Below, one piece after another: positions 1 to 10,731 of a DNA stretch of 64,000 bases. The stretch is from Candidatus Woesearchaeota archaeon (GTDB taxonomy: Archaea > Nanobdellota > Nanobdellia > Pacearchaeales > GW2011-AR1): the NCBI GenBank assembly GCA_964514585.1, contig CAZETU010000002.1:139687-203686 (forward strand), written 5' to 3'. Position 1 is the stretch's first letter, and the number at the start of each line of letters is the position of its first letter. The notes beneath the pieces are model-generated. The model worked only from the letters and a program-made list of their open reading frames with translations. It was not told where the DNA came from and searched no databases. Made by a program: the position numbers and the translations under genes.

Positions 1-186
1 TTTTCTGAGAAAGAATTATTTGAAGAACGAGGAGATTTTTTGGAGAGTGTTTGGAATTTGTCTATTATTGCTGTGAATAAATTTAAGGGGAATCATAATG
101 GAAAGATTTAAATATATTTGGGGGTTTGTATAGGTATTACATCCCCGGTATGACGTAAGGAATGCCGGGAGTCTTTATTTTCTAAA

Positions 187-744
187 ATGGTTAAGAAACG
201 TGCTATTGTTTTTGTTGACGGCAATAATTGGTATCATAATGTGAAGTCTGTTGTCGAAAAACCGCGGGCTATTGATTTTCAGAAGTTGGCGACTATGATT
301 GGCGAGCATTTTGATTTGGATATTGCTGGTATTCGTTATTATAATTCTACTCCGGACATAGGCTTGGGGGATGATAATTATTATAAGCATATGGTTTTTT
401 TGGCGGGATTGAAGAAGAAGGGTTTTGAGGTTAATACGAATAAGTTGAAGAAGATTAAGGTGAACGGGAAAGTTGTTCGGGTTGAGAAGGGGATTGATGT
501 TATGATTGCGACGGATATGATTAGTAAGACTTTGGTTGAGAGTGAGTGTGATTGTTGTGTTTTGATTTCTGGGGATAGTGACTTTGTTCCGGTTATGAGG
601 TTGATTAAGAAATTTGGGAAGGAAGTTTTGACGGCTTCGGTTTTGAGGGGTTATGCTAGAGAGTTGTTGCAGGGTGAGTTTAGGTTTTGGATTTTGAAAA
701 AGCAGGATGTGGTTAAAAGTTTTGGAGGGTATGATGGAAAGTGA
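187..744 (+). CDS. NYN domain (LabA/DUF88, PIN-like) protein
   Basis: Motifs FVDGNN, EKGIDVMIATD and LISGDSDF are typical of NYN domains. Confidence 0.9.
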   Translation: MVKKRAIVFVDGNNWYHNVKSVVEKPRAIDFQKLATMIGEHFDLDIAGIRYYNSTPDIGLGDDNYYKHMVFLAGLKKKGFEVNTNKLKKIKVNGKVVRVEKGIDVMIATDMISKTLVESECDCCVLISGDSDFVPVMRLIKKFGKEVLTASVLRGYARELLQGEFRFWILKKQDVVKSFGGYDGK

Positions 745-1378
745 AGAAATTAAAAAAGAAGAAACAGGGAATGAAGAAATTGAGAAAGAAATGGAGCAGG
801 AAGTTGAGAAAGTTATAGAGAACGAGGAAGTGAAGGAGCAAGTTGAAGAAGTTGAGATGGATGAGAAGGCTATGGAAGCTGTTAAGGAAAAGGTTGTGGA
901 GACTGTTGAGAAGATTGAGAAGAAGGTTGAGGAAGTTAAGAAAAAAGTTGCGAAGATTGAGAAGGTTAGAGCTAACTCTAAGAGGCCGAGTGAGCAGGAA
1001 AGAATAGAGGCTGATAATTTATTGGAGGAAGCGAGTGAGATTTTTGAGGGGTGTATAAAGTGCGGGATGTGTAAGTCGCTTTGTCCGGTTTTCAAGGCGT
1101 TGAGGGAGGAGTCGGTTAGTCCGAGGGGCCATGCGATTTTATTGTCGGATAAGATTTTGGATAAGGTTATTTTTGAGTGTAATTTGTGTCGGGCTTGTGA
1201 GAGGAAATGTCCTTTGAATATTAAAGTTTGTGAGGCTGTTTTGAAAGCTCGTGAGGCTGCTGTTTTGAAGGGGAAGGGTCTGAAGGAGAATGAGGAGATG
1301 ATTGAGAATATTCGTAAATCTGGAAATCCGTTTGGGGAAGGTGAAGTTAAGGATTTGGATAAGCTTTATTGTTGTTGA
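731..1378 (+). CDS. 4Fe-4S dicluster protein (HdrC/GlpC-like) with acidic coiled-coil N-terminus
   Basis: CIKCGMCKSLCP and CNLCRACERKCP; start moved to ATG 731. Confidence 0.8.
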   Translation: MMESEEIKKEETGNEEIEKEMEQEVEKVIENEEVKEQVEEVEMDEKAMEAVKEKVVETVEKIEKKVEEVKKKVAKIEKVRANSKRPSEQERIEADNLLEEASEIFEGCIKCGMCKSLCPVFKALREESVSPRGHAILLSDKILDKVIFECNLCRACERKCPLNIKVCEAVLKAREAAVLKGKGLKENEEMIENIRKSGNPFGEGEVKDLDKLYCC

Positions 1379-1749
1379 AGTGTTCTTATTTCTTGTTCAT
1401 GTTCTTCGAGTGCGGTATACCAAGGTTTGGATAATCTTTTGCCTATTGCTGGTAGGCATTGCCTGATGATTTCATATGCATGTTTTTCTGGTCCTTCATC
1501 TCCTGTGTCTATTGCTCCATATGACATACCATCTAGAAATATCGAACATCTTTTTTCTGGGAGCATCTCAAGAATAGTTTCACAATTATGTCTATCATGT
1601 GGAGGTAATCCGTTCATTTCAATATCTATTAAATTTTCTTTGCTTTCTGCTAGTAGGTACACGGCTTCGAGGACTTCGCTTCTTGTGAATTCCCCTCCTT
1701 TTATGCCCTTGTCTAAATGTCTACTTATTTGTACAATTTTGCTTGTCAT
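1366..1749 (-). CDS. Hypothetical protein
   Basis: 127-aa ORF with protein-like composition and an AT-rich upstream region; no recognised motif. Confidence 0.55.
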   Translation of the reverse strand: MTSKIVQISRHLDKGIKGGEFTRSEVLEAVYLLAESKENLIDIEMNGLPPHDRHNCETILEMLPEKRCSIFLDGMSYGAIDTGDEGPEKHAYEIIRQCLPAIGKRLSKPWYTALEEHEQEIRTLQQQ

Positions 1750-1901
1750 TTGAATTTAGAAGATTTATTGTACTTAAGTCTTTCTGTTTGTAGTTTTCTA
1801 GAGTAGTAACAATTTTATGTTAATTAATTGTGTGGTTTTGTGTTTGATAATGTATACTGCAGGATAATAATATTTATAACATTTCATTAGTGGTTGTTTT
1901 A

Positions 1902-2342
1902 ATGGCAAAGTATAAAGTTGTTTATGCTGATGGGGATTCTCAGAATGGATTGAAAGAGGCTGTTATGAGTGGATTGTCTGGTCCTTTTGATGTTGAATTT
2001 GCTGAAGAATTAACCTCGAGATTGGTTGATGATCTTCTGAGTCGCGATGAACTATTTGGGTTGGTTACTCATTTCCCAATTGGTGTACAAGGTGTTCTTA
2101 TGCCTTTTGGAGAGGGGGAAGCTAGTTCTTATGCAGGAGCTGCGCATTTGATAAGGACTTTACGGTGTGGTATATTGGGACCTATTGTTGTTTATACTGG
2201 TGCTGGAGGAGGTACTGGTGATGACTTTATGAAAGGTTTGATTACTGGTTCTGGAGCTAATGATATTGTGTTTAAGAATAATCTTGAGACAGATGTTTGG
2301 GAAATTAGGAGTAAAATGCTCGAATTAACAAGACGGTCTTAA
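1902..2342 (+). CDS. Degenerate receiver (CheY-like) domain protein
   Basis: YKVVYADG...LVTHFP...PIVVYTG...GANDIVFK follows receiver topology; the phospho-Asp appears replaced. Confidence 0.45.
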   Translation: MAKYKVVYADGDSQNGLKEAVMSGLSGPFDVEFAEELTSRLVDDLLSRDELFGLVTHFPIGVQGVLMPFGEGEASSYAGAAHLIRTLRCGILGPIVVYTGAGGGTGDDFMKGLITGSGANDIVFKNNLETDVWEIRSKMLELTRRS

Positions 2343-4027
2343 TTATGTGCGAACCAGAATTCTAATTTGTTTTTGTATTTTTTGTGTAGTCTTACGAAAC
2401 CGAATCTTTCGAATTGGATTGTTGTTCCGATTTTGAGCTTTTCTAGTTCGTGTTCTCCGGTTCCTTTTATGATTTCTCCGTTGGTCATCATGATTTCTAC
2501 TAGGATATTTTTGTCTGAGACTGGGAGCCAGTGGATGAATTTTGTTTCTAACTTATTATCTGGTTCTTCGGATGTGAATGAATAGATTCGTGGTTTTAGT
2601 CTGTCGATTTTTTCAGATTTGAAATTTAATAGATGCATTAATCTGTAGTTTCCGTCTATCATATTTTCCGCGTCTTGTCCTGCGATTAGGAAATCTTGCA
2701 TTGTTTTGTATGTCCTGTGTCCTAGTTTGCCATTTGGGTGGAGTGGGAGTTTTGCGGTTAGGGCTGGGCATCCACTGATGTGTATTTTTAGAGGGTTTTC
2801 TACGAAGAAATATCTGGGGGATTCTTCGAGGATTTTTTTGTTTAAAGTATAGAGGACGTCAATTGGTACTTTGATGCTCGTTTTTTTAATTCCCATGTTT
2901 AGGATGAATTGCCTGATTGCTTCTGGTGAGATTCCTCGGTCTCTTAGAGATTGTATTGACCAAGTTCTGGGGTCATTCCATCCGGTGTAGGTTCCAGAGT
3001 TTACTTCTTGGGCGCCTTTTGATTTTGAGATTTTTACGCCTTCTAATGCAAAGTGGCCGTTGTAGATGACTTCTGGATGATCCCAACCGAAAATGTCCCA
3101 GATGAATTTTTCGACTCTTGTCTCGATTGCTAATTCCATTCCTCTGAGGATGTGGGTAATCCCAAGTAGGTGGTCGTCGATTGCCCATGAGAAATCTAGA
3201 AGTGGGTATACTCTGTATTTTGTTCCGAGTTTTGCGTGAGGTCTGTCTGAAATTCTGAACATGATTCTGTCTCTGAATGCTGGGTCTGAATCTTGTATAT
3301 TTGTTTTGAGCCTGACACACATTGAGCCTTCTGGAGCTTTGAACATTTCCTTCCATCTATTAAATTGTTTTTCTTCATCGAATTGTCGACAAGAGCATTC
3401 AATACCTAGTGCCTTATTTTCTCTCATTTTCTCTTGTTCGCAATCGCAAACGTACATATAGCCTTTTTTTATCATTTCTTCTGCGTAGGAATAATATTTT
3501 TCGATTCGGTCTGATTTATAAATTATTTTTTTATCGTGCTTCACTTCGAGCCAGTTTATTGCTTCTTCGATTAATTTGTAGGCTTTTGGTTCGATTGGTT
3601 TTGCGATGGAGCCGATTGTGTCGTCCATTACTATTATTAGTTTCCCGTCGTATGTTTTGCAGTATTCGTCGTTTAGAAGTAGAGTTCTGGCGTTTCCGAT
3701 GTGTAAGGGGCCCGAGGGGAATGGGGCAAATCGCATTACGACTTTTCCTTCTTTTGCGTTGGGTAAATCTGGAAGACCGTCTCTGATTTCTCTTTTGCTT
3801 GGTTTTCTTTCGACTTTAATGAATTCTTTTTTTTGTTTTTCTAAATCCATTGAGTTTACTTCTCTGATAACTTGCTGGATTTTTTGGATGTAGTCTTTGA
3901 TTTCGGATTTTTGTAAACCTTCTGCGAAGAGGCCTGCTAGGACTGCGTTTTGGTTTGCGGTGCCGTTGTACTTGATTGCGTTTTCTAGTGCGTAGGCTTT
4001 GATGGTTTCGTAAGGTATTTCTAGCAT
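2339..4027 (-). CDS. gltX: Glutamate--tRNA ligase (archaeal type)
   Basis: RFAPFPSGPLHIGN (HIGH), KISKS (KMSKS-like), archaeal N-terminus and C-terminal QFERFGF. Confidence 0.95.
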   Translation of the reverse strand: MLEIPYETIKAYALENAIKYNGTANQNAVLAGLFAEGLQKSEIKDYIQKIQQVIREVNSMDLEKQKKEFIKVERKPSKREIRDGLPDLPNAKEGKVVMRFAPFPSGPLHIGNARTLLLNDEYCKTYDGKLIIVMDDTIGSIAKPIEPKAYKLIEEAINWLEVKHDKKIIYKSDRIEKYYSYAEEMIKKGYMYVCDCEQEKMRENKALGIECSCRQFDEEKQFNRWKEMFKAPEGSMCVRLKTNIQDSDPAFRDRIMFRISDRPHAKLGTKYRVYPLLDFSWAIDDHLLGITHILRGMELAIETRVEKFIWDIFGWDHPEVIYNGHFALEGVKISKSKGAQEVNSGTYTGWNDPRTWSIQSLRDRGISPEAIRQFILNMGIKKTSIKVPIDVLYTLNKKILEESPRYFFVENPLKIHISGCPALTAKLPLHPNGKLGHRTYKTMQDFLIAGQDAENMIDGNYRLMHLLNFKSEKIDRLKPRIYSFTSEEPDNKLETKFIHWLPVSDKNILVEIMMTNGEIIKGTGEHELEKLKIGTTIQFERFGFVRLHKKYKNKLEFWFAHN

Positions 4028-4058
4028 AGTATAGAGAAGATGTCGGGGGTTTTAAATT

Positions 4059-4418
4059 TTACCAACCGATTAGTCCTGGGCTTGATTCTGAGGGTTTATT
4101 TACATCCAGTTTTCTTTCGAGAAGTTCGATTCTTTGTTCGAGTTTGTAGATTTTGTTATCGAGTGTAGTCATCTTGGCGTCGACTTCTCTTTTGTTGTAG
4201 CCGTCTGATTGTGTAGAGAATGAGTTTTCGGTTGGGGTCATGTTGAATAGTTCTGCGTTTGACGATGTTTCTGGTTGTGGGTTTTGAGATGTTGCGCCTA
4301 ATTCTACGAATCCGTTGTCGTCTGTTGAAACTACAATGTCTTTTTTTGGGATTCTTACGACGCCTCTTCTTTGGAGTTCTCTAACGTCGATCATTCTTTT
4401 TTTCTTGCCGAAGATCAT
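4059..4418 (-). CDS. Hypothetical protein with C-terminal coiled coil
   Basis: 119-aa ORF; heptad KIYKLEQRIELLERKL. Confidence 0.7.
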   Translation of the reverse strand: MIFGKKKRMIDVRELQRRGVVRIPKKDIVVSTDDNGFVELGATSQNPQPETSSNAELFNMTPTENSFSTQSDGYNKREVDAKMTTLDNKIYKLEQRIELLERKLDVNKPSESSPGLIGW

Positions 4419-4489
4419 GGTTGGGTTAGAGTATCTATTTATTTAAAGTTTGGCGTTAATATTAAATACTGGTTTTGGATTGATATTTT

Positions 4490-6106
4490 ATGGGGTTAGA
4501 AGTTGAGGCTGATGATAGCGTGAAGGATATTAGGAATGCGATTAAGGAGGTTATGATGAAGGCTCATAAGTCTGGGGAGTTGGCTAAATCTGAGCAGTAT
4601 GATTTTGATTCTAATGGTTTTAAGCCGGTGAATTCTTTGAAGATGACTTTTGATTCGCAGCAGGCGCAGTTGGAGCCGATTTATTATTGGTTGTTGGATT
4701 TTGTTCAGGATGCTGGTTGGAGCATGGAGAAGACAATTGATAATTTTATGTCGAGTCCGGGTGGTGGACATTTTTCTGAGATGGGAGGGAAGGCGACGCG
4801 GATGCAAGAAGAGGGAATGAAGATCCTTGGTGGTTTGAATCAGGTTGTGAAGTCGGCTTTGAATTTGGTTTATGATTTGAAGGAGTTTGAGATGAGACTT
4901 GAGCATTATGACGATGCTAAGAGTGAGAATAAGCAGAAGAAGGAGAATGGGATGTTGGCGTTGAAACAGATTTGGTTGGATAATGTTGACTTGAAGAGGG
5001 GACGTGGGTCGATTCATCAGATGGCGGCTGAACTTGGTTTTACGACGATAAGGGAGGCTTTTATGATGTCGGATTCTATCGAAGAATTGAAGAAGTTGAA
5101 TGACGACGATGAAGGTGGCATTATTAATGATCAGGTTATGAGAATTTTGCAGCCGCGGATTGATGAGTTTTTGAAGTGGGTTAGATATTCTGAGTCTGAG
5201 TTGCGTAAGAGGATGAAGATTGAGAAGAGTTATTTGAAGTCGCAGGTTGAGACGATAAAGATGTATTCGCAGTGGATGAAACCTTATTTGGAGGCGGCCG
5301 AGAAATTGAGGCAAAAGGGGTTTGATAAGAGTGCGGCTTTAGTGAATGCGTTTAGTACTTCGATGTTTCAGTTGCAACTTTTTGGGACAAAGAAATTTAA
5401 GATAGATGATTTGAGTTTGCCGGATAGGGATAGATTTGAGAAGTATGAGTCGCGGAGAAACTATAATCAGGTGATTGTGATTGGGTTTGTTTATCGAGGG
5501 CATGTTTCGCAGAGGGTGACTCAGAAAGGGGACTACGGGTTTGCGATGGGAGGAAGGATTGATATGACTTTTGATGCTTATGCTTTGAATGATGATGAGT
5601 TGGCTTTGGCTAAGAATAATATGGAGGAAGAAGATGTTTTGAAGAGCATGGAGTTTTCTGGGGATGTTGCAGCTGAGTCTTTGGCTGTGTTGAAAGAGGA
5701 TTTGGATTATTTTTTGAAGAGTGATGAGGAAAAGGAGAAAGACGAGGAGGAAAGGAAAAAGAAAGAAGGAGAAAAGAAAGAGGCGCAGAATATTGATCCG
5801 TTTAGTGCTTTGTTTGGTGTGTTTTTTAGGAAGAAAGATAAAAAGAAAAAGGGGAAGGATAAGGTGATTGAGAAACCGGAGGATATTGATAAGGATAATT
5901 TTGTTGAGAAGATGATGAGGGCTAATGCGGCTAGTAGTGCTTCTGGTTGGTTGTATACTGTTTATGATATTTATAAGAAGGCTCACGGAATGGCTTCTGC
6001 TCCTGGGGAGGGTTTTGATGGTGCTGATATGGGAGTTTTGGAAGGAGAGAAAGAAGGTGGCGGTGTTGGATTTAAGGATATTTTTAAGGGTACACCTAAG
6101 GGTTAG
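4490..6106 (+). CDS. Large helical hypothetical protein
   Basis: 538-aa ORF with host codon bias; no recognisable catalytic motif. Confidence 0.8.
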   Translation: MGLEVEADDSVKDIRNAIKEVMMKAHKSGELAKSEQYDFDSNGFKPVNSLKMTFDSQQAQLEPIYYWLLDFVQDAGWSMEKTIDNFMSSPGGGHFSEMGGKATRMQEEGMKILGGLNQVVKSALNLVYDLKEFEMRLEHYDDAKSENKQKKENGMLALKQIWLDNVDLKRGRGSIHQMAAELGFTTIREAFMMSDSIEELKKLNDDDEGGIINDQVMRILQPRIDEFLKWVRYSESELRKRMKIEKSYLKSQVETIKMYSQWMKPYLEAAEKLRQKGFDKSAALVNAFSTSMFQLQLFGTKKFKIDDLSLPDRDRFEKYESRRNYNQVIVIGFVYRGHVSQRVTQKGDYGFAMGGRIDMTFDAYALNDDELALAKNNMEEEDVLKSMEFSGDVAAESLAVLKEDLDYFLKSDEEKEKDEEERKKKEGEKKEAQNIDPFSALFGVFFRKKDKKKKGKDKVIEKPEDIDKDNFVEKMMRANAASSASGWLYTVYDIYKKAHGMASAPGEGFDGADMGVLEGEKEGGGVGFKDIFKGTPKG

Positions 6107-6140
6107 AAAAGTAAATAAAGTTGGTTTCTATTAAATTATT

Positions 6141-6806
6141 ATGGATGAAGAAGAAAAGAAGGCTCTTGCTGATGAGTTGGCTAAGAAGTTAGTTGAGTCC
6201 CGAGGGGATGACTCTGGTGAGCCCGAAGAGAAGGGAGAGGAATTAGATGAGTCTGAGGAAGAGGAGTATAAGGATGAGTTTTTGGAAGAGCCCACGGATG
6301 ATGCTGATGAGTTTTTGGAAGAGCCCACGGATGATGTTAGTGATTTTTCTGTGACTGATACGATTTTGTCGTCGGGGGAGTCTAGTGAGGATTGGGGTCC
6401 TAGGGAATTGGAGGATGTTGTTGGTCGGGAGAAACTTGATAAGCATGATGATGATTCTAGGGGTGGGGATTTTTATAAGGAGGCTGCTGGCGGGGATTTT
6501 TATGATGCAACAGCGAATGGTACCAATGTATATTTAGAGGGAAGTCATGGAGGGGATTTTTATCAGGATTCTAGTAAGGGTAATGATTTGTATGGTCCTT
6601 CTGGTGGGCAGGAACTTTATAATGAAGGTAAAGGTGATGGTAAGTTTTATGATCCGAGAATTGAAGCTAGCGGGAGAGCTCATGACGAGGTTCGAAGTGC
6701 CGATAGGTCTAAACTTGAGATTACCGGTTTACAGAAGGGATTCGGGCGTATTGCGAAAGAGGGTGGGCGAGATAAAAGAGACAATGAATATCGTGCTGCA
6801 GCTTAG
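6141..6806 (+). CDS. Acidic low-complexity protein with internal repeats
   Basis: DEFLEEPTDD twice (33-bp tandem duplication) and GGDFY three times. Confidence 0.75.
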   Translation: MDEEEKKALADELAKKLVESRGDDSGEPEEKGEELDESEEEEYKDEFLEEPTDDADEFLEEPTDDVSDFSVTDTILSSGESSEDWGPRELEDVVGREKLDKHDDDSRGGDFYKEAAGGDFYDATANGTNVYLEGSHGGDFYQDSSKGNDLYGPSGGQELYNEGKGDGKFYDPRIEASGRAHDEVRSADRSKLEITGLQKGFGRIAKEGGRDKRDNEYRAAA

Positions 6807-6847
6807 TTAGTTTTAAATAATAATTATTGTTAATAGTTTTAGGTGAT

Positions 6848-8758
6848 ATGGCATACGGTACGAGTTATGAGAATTTTTATGATGGGGGTGTGACCTCTCT
6901 TAGTCCTGAGTATGGGAATTTTACTGGTTATAGAATGACGGCGAATCAGTTGGGATTTCCGGGGTCTGCTCAGACGGCGAATCAGTTGGGTGAGACTGTT
7001 AATGCTTTGAAACAGGGGGTTAAGGCTTTTGAGGTTACACTGGTTATGCCGGATACTGCGGAAGTTATTCCTAAACAGCATTTTAAAGAGATGCGGGCTT
7101 TAATGAAGCTTTCGGGGGTTAAACCTTCTGTCCACGGTCCAGTTGTCGATGCTTCTGGTTTTACTGAGAAAGGGTGGGGCGGAGATATTACTAGAGCTGA
7201 TAATGAGAGGCGTATGTTTGATGCAATTGAAAAGGCGAAAATCATAGATCCTAAGGGAAATATTCCGATTGTTTTTCATTCGACGAATGGGATTCCCGGG
7301 ATGGAATATGTGCCTGGGGATGAGAAGAAAGGCGAGAAGAGATTTGAACCAGAGAAGACCTTTGCGATTAATCAAGAGACTAAACAGATGGCGCCCTTGG
7401 AGAAGGAGTATAAGTATCGGCCTGGTAAGGTTAGTACTTTGGATGCTAATGAGGGGAAGGGTAAGTTGTTTTCTTTGCCGGCTCAGTTGAATTCGATTAA
7501 TACTACGGAGTGGGAGAATAAGATGACAGAGCTGGCTACTTTTAATAAGCATGCAGATGAAGTAATTGGTCCTTCTGCGATTTCTTTGAGGGAGAAGTAT
7601 CAAAATGCGATTGCTTTGAAAGATGGGTTTTATGAGTATGATGAGAGAGGGATGCCTACTAAAAAGTTGGATGATCCTAATGATAGACAAAAGAGTGATT
7701 ATAATCGAATGAAAAAGGCAGATATTTTTCTAGATAATGTTGAGTTGAATTTTAATTCTGCTTTTCATAAGGCTTATAAATATGGTACTGGTAAGCAAAA
7801 AGATATGTTGAGAGAGTTGGCTAATAATTATGAAAAGGCGCAGGGGTCTTTGCATCCTGATGCTGTTTTGAATCCTTTTTTTAAGCGTGAGATTTTGAGT
7901 GGCGCTATTGAGAATTTACAGGAAATAACGAAGGAGAGGCGGATTATTAGAAATGGAAGGGCTATTGAAGATGAGGATTATGGGGCTCCTAAGATTTTTA
8001 TGGAGGTTGAGGATTTTGCTAAGGACAAGGCTGCGACTACTTTTGGGAATTTGGCGATGAGATCTTATAAGGAATATGGCGATAAGGCTCCGGTTATTGC
8101 TATTGAGAATATGTATCAGGGAATGGCTTTTTCTAAGGCTGATGATTTGAGGGAATTGGTTGAGAAGTCAAGGGATAAGTTTGCTAGTCAGTTGATTAAG
8201 GAAAAGGGTTTGACTGAAAGTGAGGCCAAGGAGGCTGCCGAGAAGCATTTGGGTGTTACTTGGGATGTTGGGCATTTGAATATTATGAAGAAGAAGGGTT
8301 TTACTGATAAGGATGTTGTCGAGGAGACTAAGAAGATTAGGCCGCTAGTTAAGCATATTCATTTGACTGATAATTTTGGTTTTGGGGATTCACATTTGGC
8401 GCCTGGGATGGGGAATGTTCCGTTTAAGGAAATTATGACAGAGCTTGAGAAGAATGGTGATTTTAAGAGTATGAGGAAGATTGTTGAGGCTCCGGGTTTT
8501 GTTCAGCATTTTAAGAAATCTCCGCATCCTTCGACGATGTCTGCTTTTGGTTCTGGGATTTATAGTATGAAGCAGGGGCCTACTTGGAATCAGGCGATGG
8601 ATATTGTTGGACCGTATTTTGCTGGGTATGGGACTGTGGATCCTCAGCAACATCATTCGATGTACGGGTCGGGGTTTACTACTATGCCGGTTGAGTTTGG
8701 CGGGATGATGCCTGGTGCTGGTGGGCAGTCTAGATTTGGCGGGACGCCGATGGCTTAG
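6848..8758 (+). CDS. TIM-barrel protein of the xylose isomerase/AP endonuclease 2 family with large insertion
   Basis: SVHGP, IAIENM, VTWDVGH, HIHLTDN, DSHLAPG metal-ligand motifs; SD ggtga before ATG 6848. Confidence 0.8.
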   Translation: MAYGTSYENFYDGGVTSLSPEYGNFTGYRMTANQLGFPGSAQTANQLGETVNALKQGVKAFEVTLVMPDTAEVIPKQHFKEMRALMKLSGVKPSVHGPVVDASGFTEKGWGGDITRADNERRMFDAIEKAKIIDPKGNIPIVFHSTNGIPGMEYVPGDEKKGEKRFEPEKTFAINQETKQMAPLEKEYKYRPGKVSTLDANEGKGKLFSLPAQLNSINTTEWENKMTELATFNKHADEVIGPSAISLREKYQNAIALKDGFYEYDERGMPTKKLDDPNDRQKSDYNRMKKADIFLDNVELNFNSAFHKAYKYGTGKQKDMLRELANNYEKAQGSLHPDAVLNPFFKREILSGAIENLQEITKERRIIRNGRAIEDEDYGAPKIFMEVEDFAKDKAATTFGNLAMRSYKEYGDKAPVIAIENMYQGMAFSKADDLRELVEKSRDKFASQLIKEKGLTESEAKEAAEKHLGVTWDVGHLNIMKKKGFTDKDVVEETKKIRPLVKHIHLTDNFGFGDSHLAPGMGNVPFKEIMTELEKNGDFKSMRKIVEAPGFVQHFKKSPHPSTMSAFGSGIYSMKQGPTWNQAMDIVGPYFAGYGTVDPQQHHSMYGSGFTTMPVEFGGMMPGAGGQSRFGGTPMA

Positions 8759-8902
8759 AGTCAACATTTTTGCTGGTGAAAAAATCGTTGGGTGAGCTCT
8801 GTAGAGTTCGTAGGAATAATTTCCAAGGGTAAATCTTGTACGTTATCTTCATTGGGCGGGGAAGGTTTTATAAAATATAATTACTATTGATTGGTGAAAG
8901 AG

Positions 8903-9757
8903 ATGGTAGAAAAAAAGGAAAAGAAAGGTGTTTCTAAGAAGAAGTCTAAAGAGAAGAGTGCTTTTCCGACTTTGGGGCTTGTTGGGGAGCGTGAGATTGC
9001 TAGTGATTTTGCTTTGAAGGTTTATGAGAAATTTGATCAAATGATTAAATCTGTCGTTTTGTTTGGGTCTTCAGCTAAGAAGGTTTCGACACCTGATTCG
9101 GATATTGATATTGTGATTATTATTGATGATGTTTCTGTTGTGTGGGATCAGGAGTTGATTGCTTGGTATCGTGAAGAGTTAGGGAAATTGATTCAGGTAA
9201 ATCCTTATCGGAAGTCGTTGCATATTAATTCCGTGAAGTTGTCGACGTGGTGGGATGATATGATGAGGGGAGATCCTGTCGTTATTAATATTTTGAGATA
9301 TGGTGATGCGTTGATTGATTTTGGTGGTTTTTTTAATCCGTTGAGGGTTTTATTGAAACAGGGAAAAATTCGTTCTACTCCAGAATCGATTTATACTCTT
9401 TTGGAGAGGGCGCCGACTCATATGACTCGGGCTAGGCAGTCTATGTTGGCTGTTGTTGATGGGCTTTATTGGACGATGGTTGATAGTGCTCATGCGGCTT
9501 TGATTGCTGCTCAGATTATGCCTTCGTCGCCTGAGGAAATTCCCAAGGTTTTGAGTAGAGAGTTTGTTAAGATCAAGGTTTTGGATAAGAAGTATGTTAC
9601 TTATTATGAGGAGATTCATTCTGTTGCTAAGCAAATTATTCATGGGAAGTTGACGTCTATTCGAGGGAAGGATCTTGATGAAATGTTTGTTAAGGCTGAC
9701 GAATTTCTTAGAGAGATGTCAAAGTTAGTTGATGATTTGATTGATACTCAATCTTAG
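8903..9757 (+). CDS. Nucleotidyltransferase (Pol-beta/MNT) domain plus HEPN-like helical domain protein
   Basis: VLFGSSAKK..DSDIDIVIIIDD followed by a helical C-terminal domain. Confidence 0.8.
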   Translation: MVEKKEKKGVSKKKSKEKSAFPTLGLVGEREIASDFALKVYEKFDQMIKSVVLFGSSAKKVSTPDSDIDIVIIIDDVSVVWDQELIAWYREELGKLIQVNPYRKSLHINSVKLSTWWDDMMRGDPVVINILRYGDALIDFGGFFNPLRVLLKQGKIRSTPESIYTLLERAPTHMTRARQSMLAVVDGLYWTMVDSAHAALIAAQIMPSSPEEIPKVLSREFVKIKVLDKKYVTYYEEIHSVAKQIIHGKLTSIRGKDLDEMFVKADEFLREMSKLVDDLIDTQS

Positions 9758-9783
9758 AATTCTTGGAAATAAAAAATAAAAAA

Positions 9784-10647
9784 TTAGGCAGCTGCTCTTT
9801 CTGCTATGGTCCTTATTGCATATGTTGCTACGTCTTGAGTTAATGGAGTTAAGTTTGCTGCGGCTGCGTGCTTTTCGTGTAGATCTTTCATTTCTTGTGT
9901 TAGTCCTGAAAGAATATCTGCTGTTTTAATCGCTGATAGTATTTTTCCCTTATTGTTCTTTTTTGCCATATCAATTCTTAGTTTTATTTTTTCTTCAAGA
10001 GATTCTTTTGCTGTGGAAAGCGCGTCTGCATGTTCTTTGAAATAGTTTCGTGTTGTTGTTATAAATTCTCCCGCTCCGTAGTGGAAAAGTGCGAGTGATG
10101 CTCTTTCTTGGGCTTCTTCGTCTTCTATTCTTAAAAAGTGATCTGCGAAACGTACTATGTATGATCCCATAACTTTAGATTCATTTTTTATGGTTTCAGC
10201 TATGAATGTTTCTGGGGTGTTGGCTATTGTCTCCCTGGTTTTCTTTGACGTTTCTACAACTTCTATTACTTCATTGTATTTTCTGTTGCCTCCTTCGATT
10301 TTTTCTGTTGGACAAGATTTGTATCCAATGTTAATTTGATCTGGTTCTTTTACTTCTTTTGTTACACTATAGAAATGTTTGTCCACATAAAGAGAAAGAT
10401 CTTCCTGTCCTCCATTTAATCTAGCGTCTCTTCTGTTGTCTAGCATTCTTGTTGAGTGTTCTGAGGGGTTGTCCCCTGTAAACGAAGCATAATCTCTTAT
10501 GCCAGCTGTAGTTGTAAGATCAAATTTTTCTAATTTATCTAGACCTGTTGCTGTGTCTGTCAAGTTTTCAGGTCTATATTTAGGACTAGCAACTTTCTTT
10601 CCTTGTTCTATTGTTGTTAGACTTCCTAAAATTGTATCTAATGCCAT
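9784..10647 (-). CDS. Hypothetical protein
   Basis: 287-aa ORF with upstream TATA-like tatataaac; no motif recognised. Confidence 0.7.
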   Translation of the reverse strand: MALDTILGSLTTIEQGKKVASPKYRPENLTDTATGLDKLEKFDLTTTAGIRDYASFTGDNPSEHSTRMLDNRRDARLNGGQEDLSLYVDKHFYSVTKEVKEPDQINIGYKSCPTEKIEGGNRKYNEVIEVVETSKKTRETIANTPETFIAETIKNESKVMGSYIVRFADHFLRIEDEEAQERASLALFHYGAGEFITTTRNYFKEHADALSTAKESLEEKIKLRIDMAKKNNKGKILSAIKTADILSGLTQEMKDLHEKHAAAANLTPLTQDVATYAIRTIAERAAA

Positions 10648-10731
10648 ACTAAATATAGTGATAAAGGGTATATAAACTTTTCTATTTGTTGTATCTGATG
10701 AGGGGTAACAGATTTAGACAAATAAAAATTA

